A DNA stretch of 64,000 bases, from IMG/VR virus record IMGVR_UViG_3300036399_001023; one strand, given 5' to 3'. Each line of letters begins with the position of its first letter. The first letter of the stretch is position 1. Shown one piece after another: positions 62,928 through 64,000 of this stretch. The DNA comes from a virus (taxonomy: Duplodnaviria > Heunggongvirae > Uroviricota > Caudoviricetes). Below the pieces are notes generated by a model. The model worked only from the letters and a program-made list of their open reading frames with translations. It was not told where the DNA came from and made no database searches. A program made the position numbers and the translations under genes.

Positions 62928-62968
62928 CTAAGGAAAAGGGTGACAACCAGGGTCATCACCCGAAGGGG

Positions 62969-63343
62969 CTAAATGCGAGTGATGCAAACGTTAGCGAGTC
63001 CACTCTCAGTTACTCGAAGACGCTGAGCAGATCCGTGCCCCAGGTCGATGATTCGTCCACCGACATAGGGTCCTCGGTCGTTAATGCGAACGTCGGCAAT
63101 AAGCCCGTTGTCGCGATTAACAACTCGCACCCAAGACCCGAGGGGGAGGTACGGGTGGGCAGCGGTCATGGTTCCGGGTCGGAAAGTCTCTCCGTTGGCA
63201 GTTTTATTTCCGTAGAGGCCTGGACCGTACCAGCTGGCTTGACCACACTGCCTTGCTTGAGCGGGTGCTCCGGAGAGAAGTCCGGCGGCTAGAAAGAATG
63301 AAACGAATCTTGTAAGACGCATGAAAAAAGTAGAGTTCAACAT
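62969..63343 (-). CDS. RlpA-like double-psi beta-barrel protein with signal peptide
   Basis: ASWYGPGLYGNKTANGETF...AAH..LPLGSWVRVVNRDNG....VRINDRGPYVGGRIIDLG matches the RlpA/DPBB core; start trimmed to avoid promoter cassette. Confidence 0.6.
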   Translation of the reverse strand: MLNSTFFMRLTRFVSFFLAAGLLSGAPAQARQCGQASWYGPGLYGNKTANGETFRPGTMTAAHPYLPLGSWVRVVNRDNGLIADVRINDRGPYVGGRIIDLGHGSAQRLRVTESGLANVCITRI

Positions 63344-63430
63344 CCGTGTTTGTTGCATTGCGCAACCACGGCTCAGAGCCCGTTGGCCCAGCGAAGGTGT
63401 ACCTAGCTGAAGCTGTTTCGGGCTGGACCC

Positions 63431-63476
63431 CAGTATAACTCGTAAAGAGCCTAAGGTAAAGTTCGGGAAACCGCCC
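63431..63476 (-). promoter_or_regulatory. cassette variant; minus TTTACC-17nt-TATACT
   Basis: cagtataactcg...aaagttcgggaaaccgccc. Confidence 0.45.
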
Positions 63477-63477
63477 A

Positions 63478-64000
63478 TCAACCTTCCTCCTGGCGCAGCA
63501 TCGCCAAGTTGTTTTCGTAGAAGAGGCGAAGGTTGTCGTAGGTTTTGACCGGCTGATCGTAGTAACTGCTTCCATTGTAAGTTGGAAGGGAAGCCCATTC
63601 TGGTGCGAGTCTTGCGAGTAGAGTTGGGGTAATCTTCCCAGAGTCAGCGAGGTGCAAAGCGTCGCGTCGCTCGATTAAGTACAAGGCTGCCTGGTCTTGG
63701 CTGGCTGGCCCGAAGTCATTGAGACCTAGTTTGATGGACGCCTCTCGCCAAGTGGCGGGCATAAACTGGTAAGCGCCCGCCGCTGCGCTAGCATAACGCA
63801 GCGAGTAACGTACTTGATTTGGATGTCTGTCTAGCGTGGACACCGTTCCACCCCCAAATACAACCCGGTAGCCATCACTATGGCCTTCTTTCCAGGTTCC
63901 TTCAGCGAAGCGAATGGTGTTTAACAGGGCTCTACGCTCAGGTGTGAGCTTGTAAGCGAGAGTCGGCAGAGAATTGATTGGACCGCAGCCTGTGCAAATG
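63478..64000 (-). CDS. lambda R-like lytic transglycosylase (GH104 endolysin), 5' end beyond window
   Basis: manual upstream translation ..LNTIRFAEGTWKEGHSDGYRVVFGGG..HP..AGAYQFMPATWREASIKLGLNDFGPASQDQAALYLIERRDAL..WASLP parallels lambda R LDMLAWSEGT..GYDVIVGG..HP..GAGRYQLLSRWW..LGLKDFSPKSQDAVALQQI; frame stays open to 64000. Confidence 0.65.
   Translation of the reverse strand, partial: ICTGCGPINSLPTLAYKLTPERRALLNTIRFAEGTWKEGHSDGYRVVFGGGTVSTLDRHPNQVRYSLRYASAAAGAYQFMPATWREASIKLGLNDFGPASQDQAALYLIERRDALHLADSGKITPTLLARLAPEWASLPTYNGSSYYDQPVKTYDNLRLFYENNLAMLRQEEG

Noticed and set aside
2284-63476. Could the repeated GGGAAACCGCC-containing elements be a CRISPR array or MITEs?
   Set aside because: Spacing is irregular (0.3-3 kb) and each copy sits exactly between a stop and the next start. 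Copies are imperfect and contain promoter-like hexamers. No terminal inverted repeats or target-site duplications are seen.

Overview
This 64 kb window (about 50% GC) looks like a genome segment of a large virulent dsDNA phage, probably its early or accessory region. Almost every gene is on the minus strand; the only clear exception is a plus-strand GIY-YIG homing endonuclease in an AT-richer island. About 120 mostly small genes are separated by more than 30 copies of a conserved intergenic cassette on the plus strand, ..(a/t)ACTATACCG-[hairpin]-AAGGG(c)GGGAAACCGCC... Read on the coding strand, each cassette is a GC hairpin plus T-run (terminator) that merges into a sigma70-like -35/17 nt/-10 (TATAGT or TATACT) promoter. 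Content I could recognise includes a tRNA cluster (Ser-CGA, Arg-UCU and one atypical type-II tRNA) and two tRNA-shaped ncRNAs whose anticodon arm is replaced by a 35-57 nt structured insert. These ncRNAs lie downstream of a Ro60/Rsr-like TROVE+vWA protein and are Y-RNA/YrlA-like candidates. There is an RNA-repair tool kit: an Rnl1-like ligase, a second ligase-family gene, a split Pnk kinase plus PPP phosphatase, and HAD phosphatases. NAD+ salvage or reconstitution is represented by a PRPP-synthetase-like gene translationally coupled to a NAMPT-like gene, an NMNAT-like nucleotidyltransferase and a macro domain. A TET/JBP-family dioxygenase sits beside a translationally coupled HAD-phosphatase / nucleotidyltransferase / APH-like-kinase operon, a GT-A glycosyltransferase and an ATP-grasp-like protein; I read this as a candidate DNA hypermodification module. 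Also present are a thymidylate kinase, a flap endonuclease, an HD hydrolase, two metallophosphoesterases, HNH and GIY-YIG endonucleases, several paralog families, and at the right end an envelope/lysis-type cluster (lambda-R-like transglycosylase, RlpA-like, prepilin-like, Lom-like OMP). Everything is inferred from the sequence and ORF translations alone; no database search was run.
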